A DNA stretch of 41,940 nt from Clostridia bacterium (GCA_017959995.1 JAGCZN010000189.1:1-41940), one strand, 5' to 3'; numbered from the stretch's first letter, positions 15,583 to 24,626 are shown. The notes: generated from the letters alone by a model not told the origin. Program-made: numbers and translations.

Positions 15583-17361
15583 TCAATTATTTTTTATAAT
15601 TTTTACAACGTCCTCGCCGAACGTTTGCTTCATATACCGAATATCTTTTTCAAAATTTTCGGCGGCATTGTCGCCGGTCGATTTTACCACCTTCACAACG
15701 TAATCGCCGAAAAGATTCGCCGCATCCGTAAGAGTTTTTATATGTTCTTCACGCGTGAACATATCGTATTCGCCGCCGCTTGAAACCGTTAGGGTGAGAA
15801 CGCCGTTTTCGGCGCGGGCGGAAACGTCCTGACAGACCGTCCAAAGTACGGCGTTACCGTTGTTTCTGAGCGTTTTAAGCACGTTTCCCCAAACTTTTGC
15901 GGGCGGAACGTTTTCCTTTACGGGCTGCTTTTTAACCGGCGCAACGCCCTCTTCCCGCAAAAAGCCGGTGAACGCCTGCGGCTCTTCGGGGGGAATGGAA
16001 AACAGGTCGAAATCCGGCAGAACGCCCGTATCGTCCTCTTCTTCGGTATCGTTCGCCGCGGTTTCATTCGCTTCGTTAAATGCCGGCGGATCGGCTTTTT
16101 TTACGGGTTCATCATTTTTATCTGTTACGTTTTGTTCTTCAACCTGCGGTTTTTGCGTGTTTTGAGGCACTTCTTTGATATACTTTGCGGGTTTTGCATC
16201 TCTTATAGCCCCGTTTTCCAACGCGTTTTCAAGCCGCGCGATACGGGAGAGAAGCGCTTCTATATCGTAATCGCTTTCCGGACGGCACGCCCTTACCACC
16301 GCCGTTTCCAGAACTATTCTCGGGTGGGACGAATAGCGGAAGGCGTTATCGAGCGATGTGAAAATATCCGTAAGCCTTAACAGCGCGTAACCGCTGCAAT
16401 TACGGGCAACGCGCGAATATTCTTCGAACCGCTCTTTCGGAAGGCCGAGAACGGAGTTCGCGTCGGCTGCGGTGTTGCATACTATAAGATCCCTGAGAGT
16501 AAGCGCGATATCGTTTGCCAGAACGCCCATATTTCTGCCGAGCATCGCGAGTTCGTTTATGGTTTCAAGAGCGGAACCGGTGTTGCCGAGTATTATGTTT
16601 TCAACGAGGTTAAGCACCTTGGTTTTGTCGGTTGCGCCGAGAACGTCAAGAACGTCGGAATAAGTTAATTTCCCCGCCGAATAGGACGAACACATATCCG
16701 CGATGGAAAGCGAATCGCGGGCGCTACCCTCGCCGGCGCGGGCAATGGCGTCAACGGCAGCGTCGTCGTATTCCTTACCGGTTTCGTCAAACACTTTTCT
16801 TACCAGCGCGGCAAGCTCCGGCTGCGGTATAAGCCTGAAATCGAACCGCATACAGCGTGAAAGTATGGTTTGCGGTATTTTGTGAACTTCGGTGGTTGCA
16901 AAGATGAATACGGCGTGCGCGGGCGGTTCTTCCAAAGTTTTCAAAAGCGCGTTGAACGCCGCGGGCGACAGCATGTGAACTTCGTCCACTATATATACCT
17001 TATACTTGCCCACTACCGGCGGATACTGTATTTTATCGCGCATTTCGCGTATATCGTCCACCCCGTTGTTGGAAGCGGCGTCCATTTCCAGAATATCCAT
17101 ATTGGAAGGATCTTTAAGTCCTTCGCAAACTTCGCACTTCCCGCAGGGCGAGCCGTTCACCGGGTGAGTGCAGTTTATGGCGCGGGCGAAAATTTTTGCC
17201 ACGGTGGTTTTACCCGTGCCCCTTGCCCCGCAAAACAGATACGCGTGGCCTATCTTGCCCGCGTTTATCTGGTTTTTCAAAATTTTAACTACGTGTTCCT
17301 GCCCGATAAGCCCTTCGAAACCCTGCGGGCGGAACCTTCTGTACAATGCCAAATAAGCCAT
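15583..17361 (-). CDS. dnaX: DNA polymerase III subunit gamma/tau
   Basis: 592 aa. YRRFRPQ, GHAYLFCGARGTGKTT (Walker A), zinc module CxxxxxxxxCGKCxxC, YIVDEVHMLS, SRC motif (TILSRC). Confidence 0.93.
   Translation of the reverse strand: MAYLALYRRFRPQGFEGLIGQEHVVKILKNQINAGKIGHAYLFCGARGTGKTTVAKIFARAINCTHPVNGSPCGKCEVCEGLKDPSNMDILEMDAASNNGVDDIREMRDKIQYPPVVGKYKVYIVDEVHMLSPAAFNALLKTLEEPPAHAVFIFATTEVHKIPQTILSRCMRFDFRLIPQPELAALVRKVFDETGKEYDDAAVDAIARAGEGSARDSLSIADMCSSYSAGKLTYSDVLDVLGATDKTKVLNLVENIILGNTGSALETINELAMLGRNMGVLANDIALTLRDLIVCNTAADANSVLGLPKERFEEYSRVARNCSGYALLRLTDIFTSLDNAFRYSSHPRIVLETAVVRACRPESDYDIEALLSRIARLENALENGAIRDAKPAKYIKEVPQNTQKPQVEEQNVTDKNDEPVKKADPPAFNEANETAANDTEEEDDTGVLPDFDLFSIPPEEPQAFTGFLREEGVAPVKKQPVKENVPPAKVWGNVLKTLRNNGNAVLWTVCQDVSARAENGVLTLTVSSGGEYDMFTREEHIKTLTDAANLFGDYVVKVVKSTGDNAAENFEKDIRYMKQTFGEDVVKIIKNN
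16076..16102 (-). other. A7 slippery run in dnaX with a -1-frame stop seven codons downstream (candidate recoding site)
   Basis: Minus strand reads gtA AAA AAA gcc (T7 on the plus strand at 16096-16102) at codons 420-422. The -1 frame reads agc cga tcc gcc ggc att TAA (stop at 16078-16076). Confidence 0.3.
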
Positions 17362-17376
17362 TCGATACCCCTTTTT

Positions 17377-17922
17377 TCAAAGTAATACGCGTAGTTTTTT
17401 TCTTATGCGCTGCAGCGCGTTATCCACCGATTTGAACGATTTGCCCGTTTTGCGCTCTATTTCCGAATAGGAAAGCCCTTTGAGATACAGCAAAAGTATC
17501 TGCCGTTCCAAAACGGAAAGTTCGCTTTCTATATCCGAAAGAAGTTCGCGCCGGTTTTCGCCTTCTATATATATCTCCTCCGGATTTTCCGACGCGGCGC
17601 TTCCCTCCAGCGCGGAGAGAGGCAACCCGTCGTTAAGCGCTTTGTTTTTGTTGCCCGCGTATTTTCTGACCGCGGTGATAACCGCGGAATTTACGCACAG
17701 GCAGGCATAATAGGTAAAACTGCCCTTACTTTCATCGTAGGTCCGCACCGCTTTCAGAAGGCCGATGAAACCTTCCTGATACACGTCTTCCGTATCGGCG
17801 CCGATAAGAAAATATCTGCGCGAAACTTTCCTTACTATATACGAGCACCTTACTATTATTTCGTCGCCCGCGGAATAATCTCCCCCGCGGTAAAGCGCTA
17901 CGAGCTCTTCCAAACTTTTCAT
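17377..17922 (-). CDS. sigH: RNA polymerase sigma-H factor (sigma-70 family, regions 2 and 4 only)
   Basis: 181 aa. YFLIGADTEDVYQEGFIGLLKAV and SVDNALQRIRKKL match the B. subtilis SigH signature. Conserved mrnC-rlmB-sigH synteny. Start overlaps the rlmB stop by 4 nt. Confidence 0.82.
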   Translation of the reverse strand: MKSLEELVALYRGGDYSAGDEIIVRCSYIVRKVSRRYFLIGADTEDVYQEGFIGLLKAVRTYDESKGSFTYYACLCVNSAVITAVRKYAGNKNKALNDGLPLSALEGSAASENPEEIYIEGENRRELLSDIESELSVLERQILLLYLKGLSYSEIERKTGKSFKSVDNALQRIRKKLRVLL

Positions 17923-18635
17923 CTTCTTTGTCTTACCGCCTCGAACACGGCAACGCCCGCCGCAACCGACGCGTTCAGCGAATTCACTTTACCCATCATA
18001 GGGATAGTTACGGTTTTATCGCATTTTTCGCGCGTTAATCTGTTTACGCCCGTATCTTCGCCGCCTATAACCAGGGCGAGCGCCCCCGTAAGATCGGTTT
18101 TGTAAATATCCTCGCCGCCGAGTTCCACCGCGTAAACCCAAACGCCGTTCTTTTTCAAAAAATCCACGGCGGCGTTTATATTGCCCACGCGCGCTATTTT
18201 AAGGTGATTTGCGCTTCCTTCGGAAATGCGCATCACCGTTTCGTTCACCGCGGCGCTACGGTGCTTGCCTATGATAAGCCCGTTTGCCCCGGCGCACTCG
18301 CACACCCTTATAACGCTGCCGAGATTGTGCGGATCTTCCACCCCGTCAAGCACAACTATAAACGGCGCGGCGCCCTTTCGCGCGGAGAGAAGGTCTTCCA
18401 TTTCCGCATAACGGTAATCGGTAACGAAGGCTATAAAACCCTGGTGTTTGCCGGTGGCGCTTTCGCCGTCGATGGTAACCTTATCAACGAAATGCACTTT
18501 TACGCCCGCCGCCTTTATCGCGGAAACGAGCGCGCGGGACTGTTCGTCTCTCATTCCGTTTTTTACTAATACGCGGTCTATCGTTTTGCCTGATTTTATC
18601 GCTTCCGAAACGGCGTTTCTGCCTTCTATTTTCAT
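17919..18635 (-). CDS. rlmB: 23S rRNA 2'-O-ribose methyltransferase, SpoU/TrmH family (RlmB/YacO-like)
   Basis: 238 aa. IEGRNAV substrate-binding N-domain, SpoU motifs LDGVEDPHNLGSVIR, LVIGGEDTG and SLNASVAAG. Confidence 0.85.
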   Translation of the reverse strand: MKIEGRNAVSEAIKSGKTIDRVLVKNGMRDEQSRALVSAIKAAGVKVHFVDKVTIDGESATGKHQGFIAFVTDYRYAEMEDLLSARKGAAPFIVVLDGVEDPHNLGSVIRVCECAGANGLIIGKHRSAAVNETVMRISEGSANHLKIARVGNINAAVDFLKKNGVWVYAVELGGEDIYKTDLTGALALVIGGEDTGVNRLTREKCDKTVTIPMMGKVNSLNASVAAGVAVFEAVRQRR

Positions 18636-19030
18636 ACTTCCTCGTTAAAATTAAGTAAAAAATTCAATCTTTCGTGTTCGCCCGTTATATACAGATAACC
18701 GAGCAGGGCTTCAAGCCCCGTAGACTTGTTGTACTCGGCAACGGTGGCGCTTTTCGCGCGCGTGCCTTTTTTTGCGTTTCGCGCTCGGCGGTAAATATCC
18801 GCTTCTTCTTCCGTAAGAACGGGCAATATCTTTTCGGCAAAGCCTGCCTGCGCGGCGGCGCGCACTTCCTCGTTCGCCAGGCGGTGGATCTCCGAAACCT
18901 TCGCGTCCTTCAAAAGCGCCAGTTTCTCCCTCGTGTAAAGGGAATAAACCGCGTCGCCTATATACGCGAGAACCACGGGATTCATATATTTTGCCTTTGA
19001 TTTTTCAACCGTAGTTTCTAAATTGAACAT
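18632..19030 (-). CDS. mrnC: Mini-ribonuclease 3
   Basis: 132 aa. LAYIGDAVYSLYTRE RNase III-like signature, RARN...K, EALLGYLY. Synteny with rlmB. Confidence 0.85.
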   Translation of the reverse strand: MFNLETTVEKSKAKYMNPVVLAYIGDAVYSLYTREKLALLKDAKVSEIHRLANEEVRAAAQAGFAEKILPVLTEEEADIYRRARNAKKGTRAKSATVAEYNKSTGLEALLGYLYITGEHERLNFLLNFNEEV

Positions 19031-19146
19031 TAAACCCCACGATAACTTTATTTTATGTAATTATAACACACTTAATTTCAATAATCAACTGAAAACGCGG
19101 CGTCTTGCCCGGCAAAACCCGTTATTTGTACCGCGCGTTAAATCGT

Positions 19147-19176
19147 TTGACATTTATCCCCGTCGTTTGATAAACT
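19147..19176 (+). promoter_or_regulatory. Candidate promoter for the surface lipoprotein gene (TTGACA-18-TAAACT)
   Basis: TTGACA at 19147-19152 and TAAACT at 19171-19176. Implies a leader of about 170 nt. Confidence 0.4.
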
Positions 19177-19355
19177 ATACTTGCAGCCTAATTTAATATT
19201 AACAGCAGTACGTTTTTTGGTAAAGTGTACCTATTTTGCATTTTCAAAATCTGCTGTTAGGTAATGAATTAGTGTCGCAACTATGCGAATAAGGTAACTT
19301 TGCAAGTGTCGCCTTATTTAATAGGGCGGTATTTTTATTTTATAAGGAGTTAAAT

Positions 19356-20732
19356 ATGAAAAAGAAACTGTTTATCACCTTGCTGTGCTTTGCGGCTTGC
19401 TTAACCGTTCTTGCCGGTTGCTCGTTTTTCGGACCGCAATTCAGCGACCTGCCGAATAAAGAAAAAACAAACGAACAAAAAATAACGGAAATTTACGCAG
19501 GATACGTGGCCAACGCGGAAGAAGCAGGTTCCGTTCCTCTTTCTTATGAAGAATGGCTGAAAACCATAAAAGGCGATAAAGGCGACCAAGGAGAACAGGG
19601 CATCCGGGGCGAAAACGGCAAGGACGGAAAAGACGGCGCCGACGGCAAAAACGGCACCGTATGGTTTACGGGCAACGGAGAACCGCAGGTTTCTTACGCC
19701 GCCGAAGGCGATCTGTATCTCGATACCGACACGAGCGACGTTTATAAATATCTCGATTGCGAATGGGTAAAAATCGCGAATATTTCGGGCTTGCAAGGAC
19801 CTCAGGGTGAACAGGGGCCTCAGGGCGAACAGGGTATCCAAGGCGAGAAAGGCGATAAGGGCGACAAAGGAGACGCCGGCAAAGACGCCGAAGTTACCGC
19901 GGTATATCATACCGTTAAGTTCGATACGGCGGGCAGCGGCGAGATACCCGACGTAACGGTAAAACACGGCGAAAAGGTTCCCGTTCCGCAAAATCCCGTA
20001 AAAATCGAAAAAAAGTTCATCGGTTGGTACGTCGGCGAAGAAAAATGGTCGTTTATCGGTTACGTGGTTACCGAAAATATTACGCTGACTGCAAAATGGA
20101 TAGATGCGACGGCCACTTCGGGCTTGCAGTATTCGCTGAATGACGGCGAATATACGGTTACGGGCTATACGGGTACCGATGCCGACGTATATATTACGTC
20201 AACCTATAACGATCATCCGGTGACGGGTATCGCCACCAGCGCGTTTGAATCTTGCGCAAACCTTAAAAGTATAAATATAGGTAACAGCGTTAAGAGTATC
20301 GGTAATTTTTCATTCTATAATTGCGCAAACCTTTCGAGCGTAGCGATAGGCAGCGGCCTTAAGAGTATCGGGCAAGGTGCGTTCAATTTATGCAGGAATC
20401 TTACGAGCATAATTATTCCCGACGGCGTTACGGATATAGGTAATTTCGCGTTCGAATACTGCACGGGCCTTCAACGCGTAACTATCGGCAACGACGTTAC
20501 GAGTATCGGTTATGGTGCGTTCTTCAGCTGCTCGAGCCTTACGAGCGTGACGATAGGCAACGGCGTTACGAGTATAGGCAATTCCGCGTTCGAATACTGT
20601 TCGATCCTTACAAGTATAACGTATAACGGAACGAAAGCGCAATGGCAGGCCGTATCTAAAGGAAGTAATTGGAACTACATCGTTCCGTCGAATTGTACGG
20701 TGCATTGCAGCGACGGGGACGTGGCGATCTGA
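19356..20732 (+). CDS. Surface lipoprotein with two collagen-like GXY blocks, a Listeria-Bacteroides (Flg_new) repeat and six BspA-type leucine-rich repeats
   Basis: 458 aa. Lipobox LAGC (Cys22). GXY runs at aa 73-100 and 145-177. VYHTVKFDTAGSG...FIGWY...TLTAKW at aa 183-248. Six 23-aa repeats (..I.IGN.VTSIGN.AF..C..L.S) at aa 289-426. AAGGAG RBS. Confidence 0.82.
   Translation: MKKKLFITLLCFAACLTVLAGCSFFGPQFSDLPNKEKTNEQKITEIYAGYVANAEEAGSVPLSYEEWLKTIKGDKGDQGEQGIRGENGKDGKDGADGKNGTVWFTGNGEPQVSYAAEGDLYLDTDTSDVYKYLDCEWVKIANISGLQGPQGEQGPQGEQGIQGEKGDKGDKGDAGKDAEVTAVYHTVKFDTAGSGEIPDVTVKHGEKVPVPQNPVKIEKKFIGWYVGEEKWSFIGYVVTENITLTAKWIDATATSGLQYSLNDGEYTVTGYTGTDADVYITSTYNDHPVTGIATSAFESCANLKSINIGNSVKSIGNFSFYNCANLSSVAIGSGLKSIGQGAFNLCRNLTSIIIPDGVTDIGNFAFEYCTGLQRVTIGNDVTSIGYGAFFSCSSLTSVTIGNGVTSIGNSAFEYCSILTSITYNGTKAQWQAVSKGSNWNYIVPSNCTVHCSDGDVAI
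19572..19886 (+). repeat. Collagen-like Gly-X-Y coding repeats (two blocks: 19572-19655 and 19788-19886)
   Basis: GDKGDQGEQGIRGENGKDGKDGADGKNG and GLQGPQGEQGPQGEQGIQGEKGDKGDKGDAGKD. Confidence 0.85.
20220..20627 (+). repeat. Six tandem 69-nt coding repeats (BspA-type LRR)
   Basis: The DNA-level recurrence ggcgttacgagtat(a/c)gg...gcgttcgaatactg is visible by eye. The period is 23 codons. Confidence 0.8.
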
Positions 20733-20801
20733 TTGAAAATGAATTGCGGCTGAAGCCGCGTGAATGATAAATCGTTCCTTGCGGAACGTGAAGAATGAAA
20801 A

Positions 20802-20838
20802 GCGCCCGCGGCGGTTTTTGAAAAACCTCCGCGGGCGC
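20802..20838. terminator. Bidirectional terminator between the convergent lipoprotein and MscS genes
   Basis: 10-bp GC stem gcgcccgcgg (20802-20811) / ccgcgggcgc (20829-20838). T-rich tails on both strands. Confidence 0.65.
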
Positions 20839-20873
20839 AATTTCTGTTATTCTGTTATTATAACAACCCGAAA

Positions 20874-21902
20874 TTACAGATTCATATCTTCCATGGTTTT
20901 GGAGATCTCGCGCTGTTCGGCGTTGAAGGTGCGGGCATTCTTTTCGTCGCGCTCGGAAACGGGATCGGAAGGTTTGTCCGGCTGGTTGATAGTAACCTGC
21001 GGGAACGGTATGCTTATTCCGTTGCGGTCGAACATGATTTTTATTTCTCTGTTCAAAGCCCTTTGCACCACGTAGTAATCGCTTTCTTTAACGGTGGCTA
21101 TAAACAGAAGGTTCACGCTGGATTCGGCAAGGCTGTTTACGCCTTTATAGTACGGCCCCTCAACTATTTCGGGAATGGCTTCCTTTATCTTATCGAGGTT
21201 GTTCTTTATGATAAGTTCTACCTTGGGAATGGATTCCTGATAGCATATAGCCACTTCGCAGGTGGTTACGGAAAGTTCTTTGGACTGGTTGATCACGGTG
21301 GAGATCTGGCTGTTATTTACTATTTTTATGTTGCCCTGCCAGTCTATCACCTTGGTGGAGCGGATGCCTATCTCATCAACCGTGCCGCGCCAGCCGTCGA
21401 TAATAACTATATCGCCAACCTGAAATTCGCCTTCGAACACGATGAAGATGCCGGCGATTATATCGGATATAAGGCTCTGCGCGCCGAGGCCTATGATAAG
21501 GCTCAATATCCCCGCGCTCGCCACAAGCGTTCTCGTATCGACGCCCCACGCCGAAAGTATCATTAAGAACGCGATGATGGCGATAAGATATTTAAGGAAG
21601 TTATTTACGAGTTTAGCGATGGTTGCGCCGCGGTTGGATTTTGAAAGCAGCGATACGAGTATTACCCTGAACCCCCATATCAGCAACCAGGCGATAGCAA
21701 CTATCTGCACCGTTTTCAGCAGCGCCGGTATTTTGTTATACAGCGTGTTTACGAACGTATTAGTGCCGAGCGTTTTGTTGAATACGGATTCTTCGCCGAA
21801 TATCTTGCCGGAGAATACGTAAATCACAACCGTTGCCGCCACGAGAACAAGCAGCGTTATAAACGCGCCTACGTTGAATTTTTTCTTTTCCATACCATTC
21901 AT
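20874..21902 (-). CDS. Mechanosensitive ion channel, MscS family
   Basis: 342 aa. N-terminal TM helices, pore-helix and beta-domain signature GLGAQSLISDIIAGIFIVFEGEFQVGDIVIIDGWRGTVDEIGIRSTKV. The start could instead be the ATG at 21893. Confidence 0.87.
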   Translation of the reverse strand: MNGMEKKKFNVGAFITLLVLVAATVVIYVFSGKIFGEESVFNKTLGTNTFVNTLYNKIPALLKTVQIVAIAWLLIWGFRVILVSLLSKSNRGATIAKLVNNFLKYLIAIIAFLMILSAWGVDTRTLVASAGILSLIIGLGAQSLISDIIAGIFIVFEGEFQVGDIVIIDGWRGTVDEIGIRSTKVIDWQGNIKIVNNSQISTVINQSKELSVTTCEVAICYQESIPKVELIIKNNLDKIKEAIPEIVEGPYYKGVNSLAESSVNLLFIATVKESDYYVVQRALNREIKIMFDRNGISIPFPQVTINQPDKPSDPVSERDEKNARTFNAEQREISKTMEDMNL

Positions 21903-21941
21903 CCTTATGCTTTAATTGATATTTATTTACGCCTTACCCGT

Positions 21942-24626
21942 TTACGCTTCACTTGTGGTGAACGTTTCGAGATAGATAAGCGTATCGTTATCGTAAATTT
22001 TAACGGTGTATTCCGTTTCCGGATAAAGTCCGGAATCTATATATCCGCTGAACAACACCCCCGTCGGCGAGGCCTGCGGAACGGTGGTGATTTGCGCGAC
22101 CTCTTCGCCGTTCATATCGTAAATCACGGCGAGGAAGTACGAACTTTCGGGTTGATAATTCATAAGTTCGCCGATGATAGTTACGTCCGTAGATCCGGGC
22201 GTTATCGACGCGTCTATCAGATTTTCAAAGAAAACGTAAAATTCCGTTTGCGCTATTACCGTGTGCCCGTCTTTCAGTTTTATAACGTAAGTTTCGCCGG
22301 GTTCAAGGTCGGTTATTTCGCCTTGTACGGATATGTTTTCAGACGAATCGCGTTCTATCGCAACTTCCATCTCTTGCACCTTTTCTCCGCCGAGCATAAC
22401 TACGAGGGTAAGGGTGGTAGAGGACGGCGTATACTGGTAGTTCCCCGCATACATATCCGAGCTGAAAAACGCCGTTTGCCCGCCTTCGACTACGAGTTCT
22501 ACGCTGATATTATAAATTTCAAGCGTGGTAAAGAAATCGGCCGCAAGAATCACGTCGCCGTCATTTACTTCCATATAATACTCGGTATCCGGCGAAAGTC
22601 CGCTTGCCGAACCGTAAACCGAATAGTTGCTGAACGTGAGATCTACGGTGGTAACTTCGCTGTAATCCGCCGCTTCGTATATCGTGGCGGTCATCTGCGT
22701 TTCGGGATAGTAATCGCCGAGATAAGCCGAGAAGGTTACGCCCGTTTCTTCAACCGAGAAGGACAGATCCACGTGCGGCAAGGTGCGGAAACTGCCGGAA
22801 GCGATAAGCGTGTTGCCGTCGTAAATTTCAATGGCGTAATCGGTGCTTGGCGTAAGGTCGGAAAGTTCGCCCCATATAAAATTCCCGTCGGAAGTTTCTT
22901 CCGCGCCGCACTCGGTTACGAAGGATTCGCCGTACCCGTCGCTTACGAACACGTCGAACGTGTCGTTTTCGTACGAGTATCCGCCCAGATCAACGAAGAA
23001 AGAAACTGCGTTTTCCATCGCGCTTACGGATAGCGAAAGATACGGCGGAGTGGTAAATTCTTCTTTGAATACGAGGGTTTCGCCGTCGTAAACCTTTATC
23101 AGATACCGCGTTTCGCTTTCGAGAGAACCGAACGTTCCCTCGAATATCGAGCCGGCGTCTTCGCTGAACGACGGGTAACTTTCGGCGCTGTACAAATCGT
23201 TTCCGTAATAATCGCAAACAACGGTTACAAGGTACGGATTTTCGGGTTCGTAGTCATCGAGATAAGCGGTGTATAAAACGCCGTCGTATTTCGGTTTTAT
23301 TTCCATATAGAACAAACTCGTAAACGGTACGGTATAACTTTCAAGCGCTATTACCGTGTAACCGTCTTTCAGTTTGAAGTCGTAATTTATATCCGGTTCA
23401 AGACCGTAAATTTCCGCCGTTACGTACGGGTTGGAAGAATCGTCGCGTTCAACGGGAACTTTATCTTCCCAAACTTTTCGTTCGCCGTTCAAAACCACAA
23501 GGGTGAGATAATCGGAAGAAGGCTCGTAATACTGCGCGGCAACGGGTGTTACCATATACAGATCCGATTCAACGTAAACCACGGATCCGTCTTCCGCAAC
23601 CGACAGCGTTACGCAAATATCGAACGCTTCCGCCGTGGTGAAGTAGGCGTAAGCAATTACTTCCGCCCCGTCGCTCAGATCCATATAATATTCGGTATCG
23701 GGGGTAAGATTTTCTATATAGCCGGATACGAAGTTCCTGTCGTAACGCGCCTGCGTCGAAGCCACTACCCCGTAATCGAAAGTATCGTAAACCGTAACGG
23801 TCAAAGTTTCGCCCGCGGGAACGTAATCGCCGAGATCCGCCGAGAAGCTAACGCCCGTTTCCGTTGCGCTTACGGAAAGTTCCACGGAGTAGTAATCGGT
23901 ATATTCCGCGGTGGTGAAGAACTCTTCCGCTACGCACGTTTCACCGTCGAAAACGTTTATAACGTAATAAGTTCCGGGTTCGAGATCCCACACTTCGCCT
24001 TGAATAAAGCGTTCGTCTCCTTCCGTGATCACTTGGCATTCGGTTTCGTAAGGGCCGCTGCCGTATTCGTCCCTTACCTTATAAACGAGTACGGAGAAAA
24101 TATCGTTTTCGTTCGCGTAATCGCCGAGATCCGCCGAGAAAAACACTCCGCTATCGCTCGCTTCTATCGTAAGTTTGATGGGGTAATTCTCTTCCGCTGT
24201 TTTTGTAACGGTACGGAAAGTGTCCTTTGCTATCGTCTTGCGCCCGTCCAGCACCTCGATGGTATATTTCATACCCGAACGGAGATTTTCCTCGTAACCG
24301 TCGATGTAAAAATGCTTTTTTACGTTTTCTTCGATATAATCTTCGTCAAGCCGCTCGCCGTCGGGTAAATCTTCGGCGAAACTGTAAGCGCCTTCGTATT
24401 TTTTCTCCCTCTTGGTAAAATCGTTGTAAACCGAAACGGTTATCTCGCCGTTTTCGGGCGTATATTCGCCTAAATCGGCGTAGTAAAAAACGTAATCTTC
24501 GCCCGCCTCTACGAAAAGTTCGACGTTATAATCGATGGGAAGAAGATTTTCCACCTCTACCACGCCTATAACCGCTGCGGCAATAACCGTTACCACCTTT
24601 ACCACAAGCCTCGCAAAACCCGACAT
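21942..24626 (-). CDS. Membrane-anchored, highly acidic protein with nine ~85-100-aa Fn3-like beta-sandwich repeats
   Basis: 894 aa. N-terminal hydrophobic anchor (aa 5-24). Nine repeats each end in an Fn3-like L.P.TEY...V.DG...IA...FTT motif. Stop lies 39 nt upstream of the MscS start. Confidence 0.7.
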   Translation of the reverse strand: MSGFARLVVKVVTVIAAAVIGVVEVENLLPIDYNVELFVEAGEDYVFYYADLGEYTPENGEITVSVYNDFTKREKKYEGAYSFAEDLPDGERLDEDYIEENVKKHFYIDGYEENLRSGMKYTIEVLDGRKTIAKDTFRTVTKTAEENYPIKLTIEASDSGVFFSADLGDYANENDIFSVLVYKVRDEYGSGPYETECQVITEGDERFIQGEVWDLEPGTYYVINVFDGETCVAEEFFTTAEYTDYYSVELSVSATETGVSFSADLGDYVPAGETLTVTVYDTFDYGVVASTQARYDRNFVSGYIENLTPDTEYYMDLSDGAEVIAYAYFTTAEAFDICVTLSVAEDGSVVYVESDLYMVTPVAAQYYEPSSDYLTLVVLNGERKVWEDKVPVERDDSSNPYVTAEIYGLEPDINYDFKLKDGYTVIALESYTVPFTSLFYMEIKPKYDGVLYTAYLDDYEPENPYLVTVVCDYYGNDLYSAESYPSFSEDAGSIFEGTFGSLESETRYLIKVYDGETLVFKEEFTTPPYLSLSVSAMENAVSFFVDLGGYSYENDTFDVFVSDGYGESFVTECGAEETSDGNFIWGELSDLTPSTDYAIEIYDGNTLIASGSFRTLPHVDLSFSVEETGVTFSAYLGDYYPETQMTATIYEAADYSEVTTVDLTFSNYSVYGSASGLSPDTEYYMEVNDGDVILAADFFTTLEIYNISVELVVEGGQTAFFSSDMYAGNYQYTPSSTTLTLVVMLGGEKVQEMEVAIERDSSENISVQGEITDLEPGETYVIKLKDGHTVIAQTEFYVFFENLIDASITPGSTDVTIIGELMNYQPESSYFLAVIYDMNGEEVAQITTVPQASPTGVLFSGYIDSGLYPETEYTVKIYDNDTLIYLETFTTSEA

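Noticed and set aside
17362-17376. SRP/scRNA gene upstream of dnaX, as in B. subtilis (scr-dnaX-yaaK-recR).
   Set aside because: Only 15 nt separate dnaX from the sigH stop codon, so there is no room for an RNA gene.
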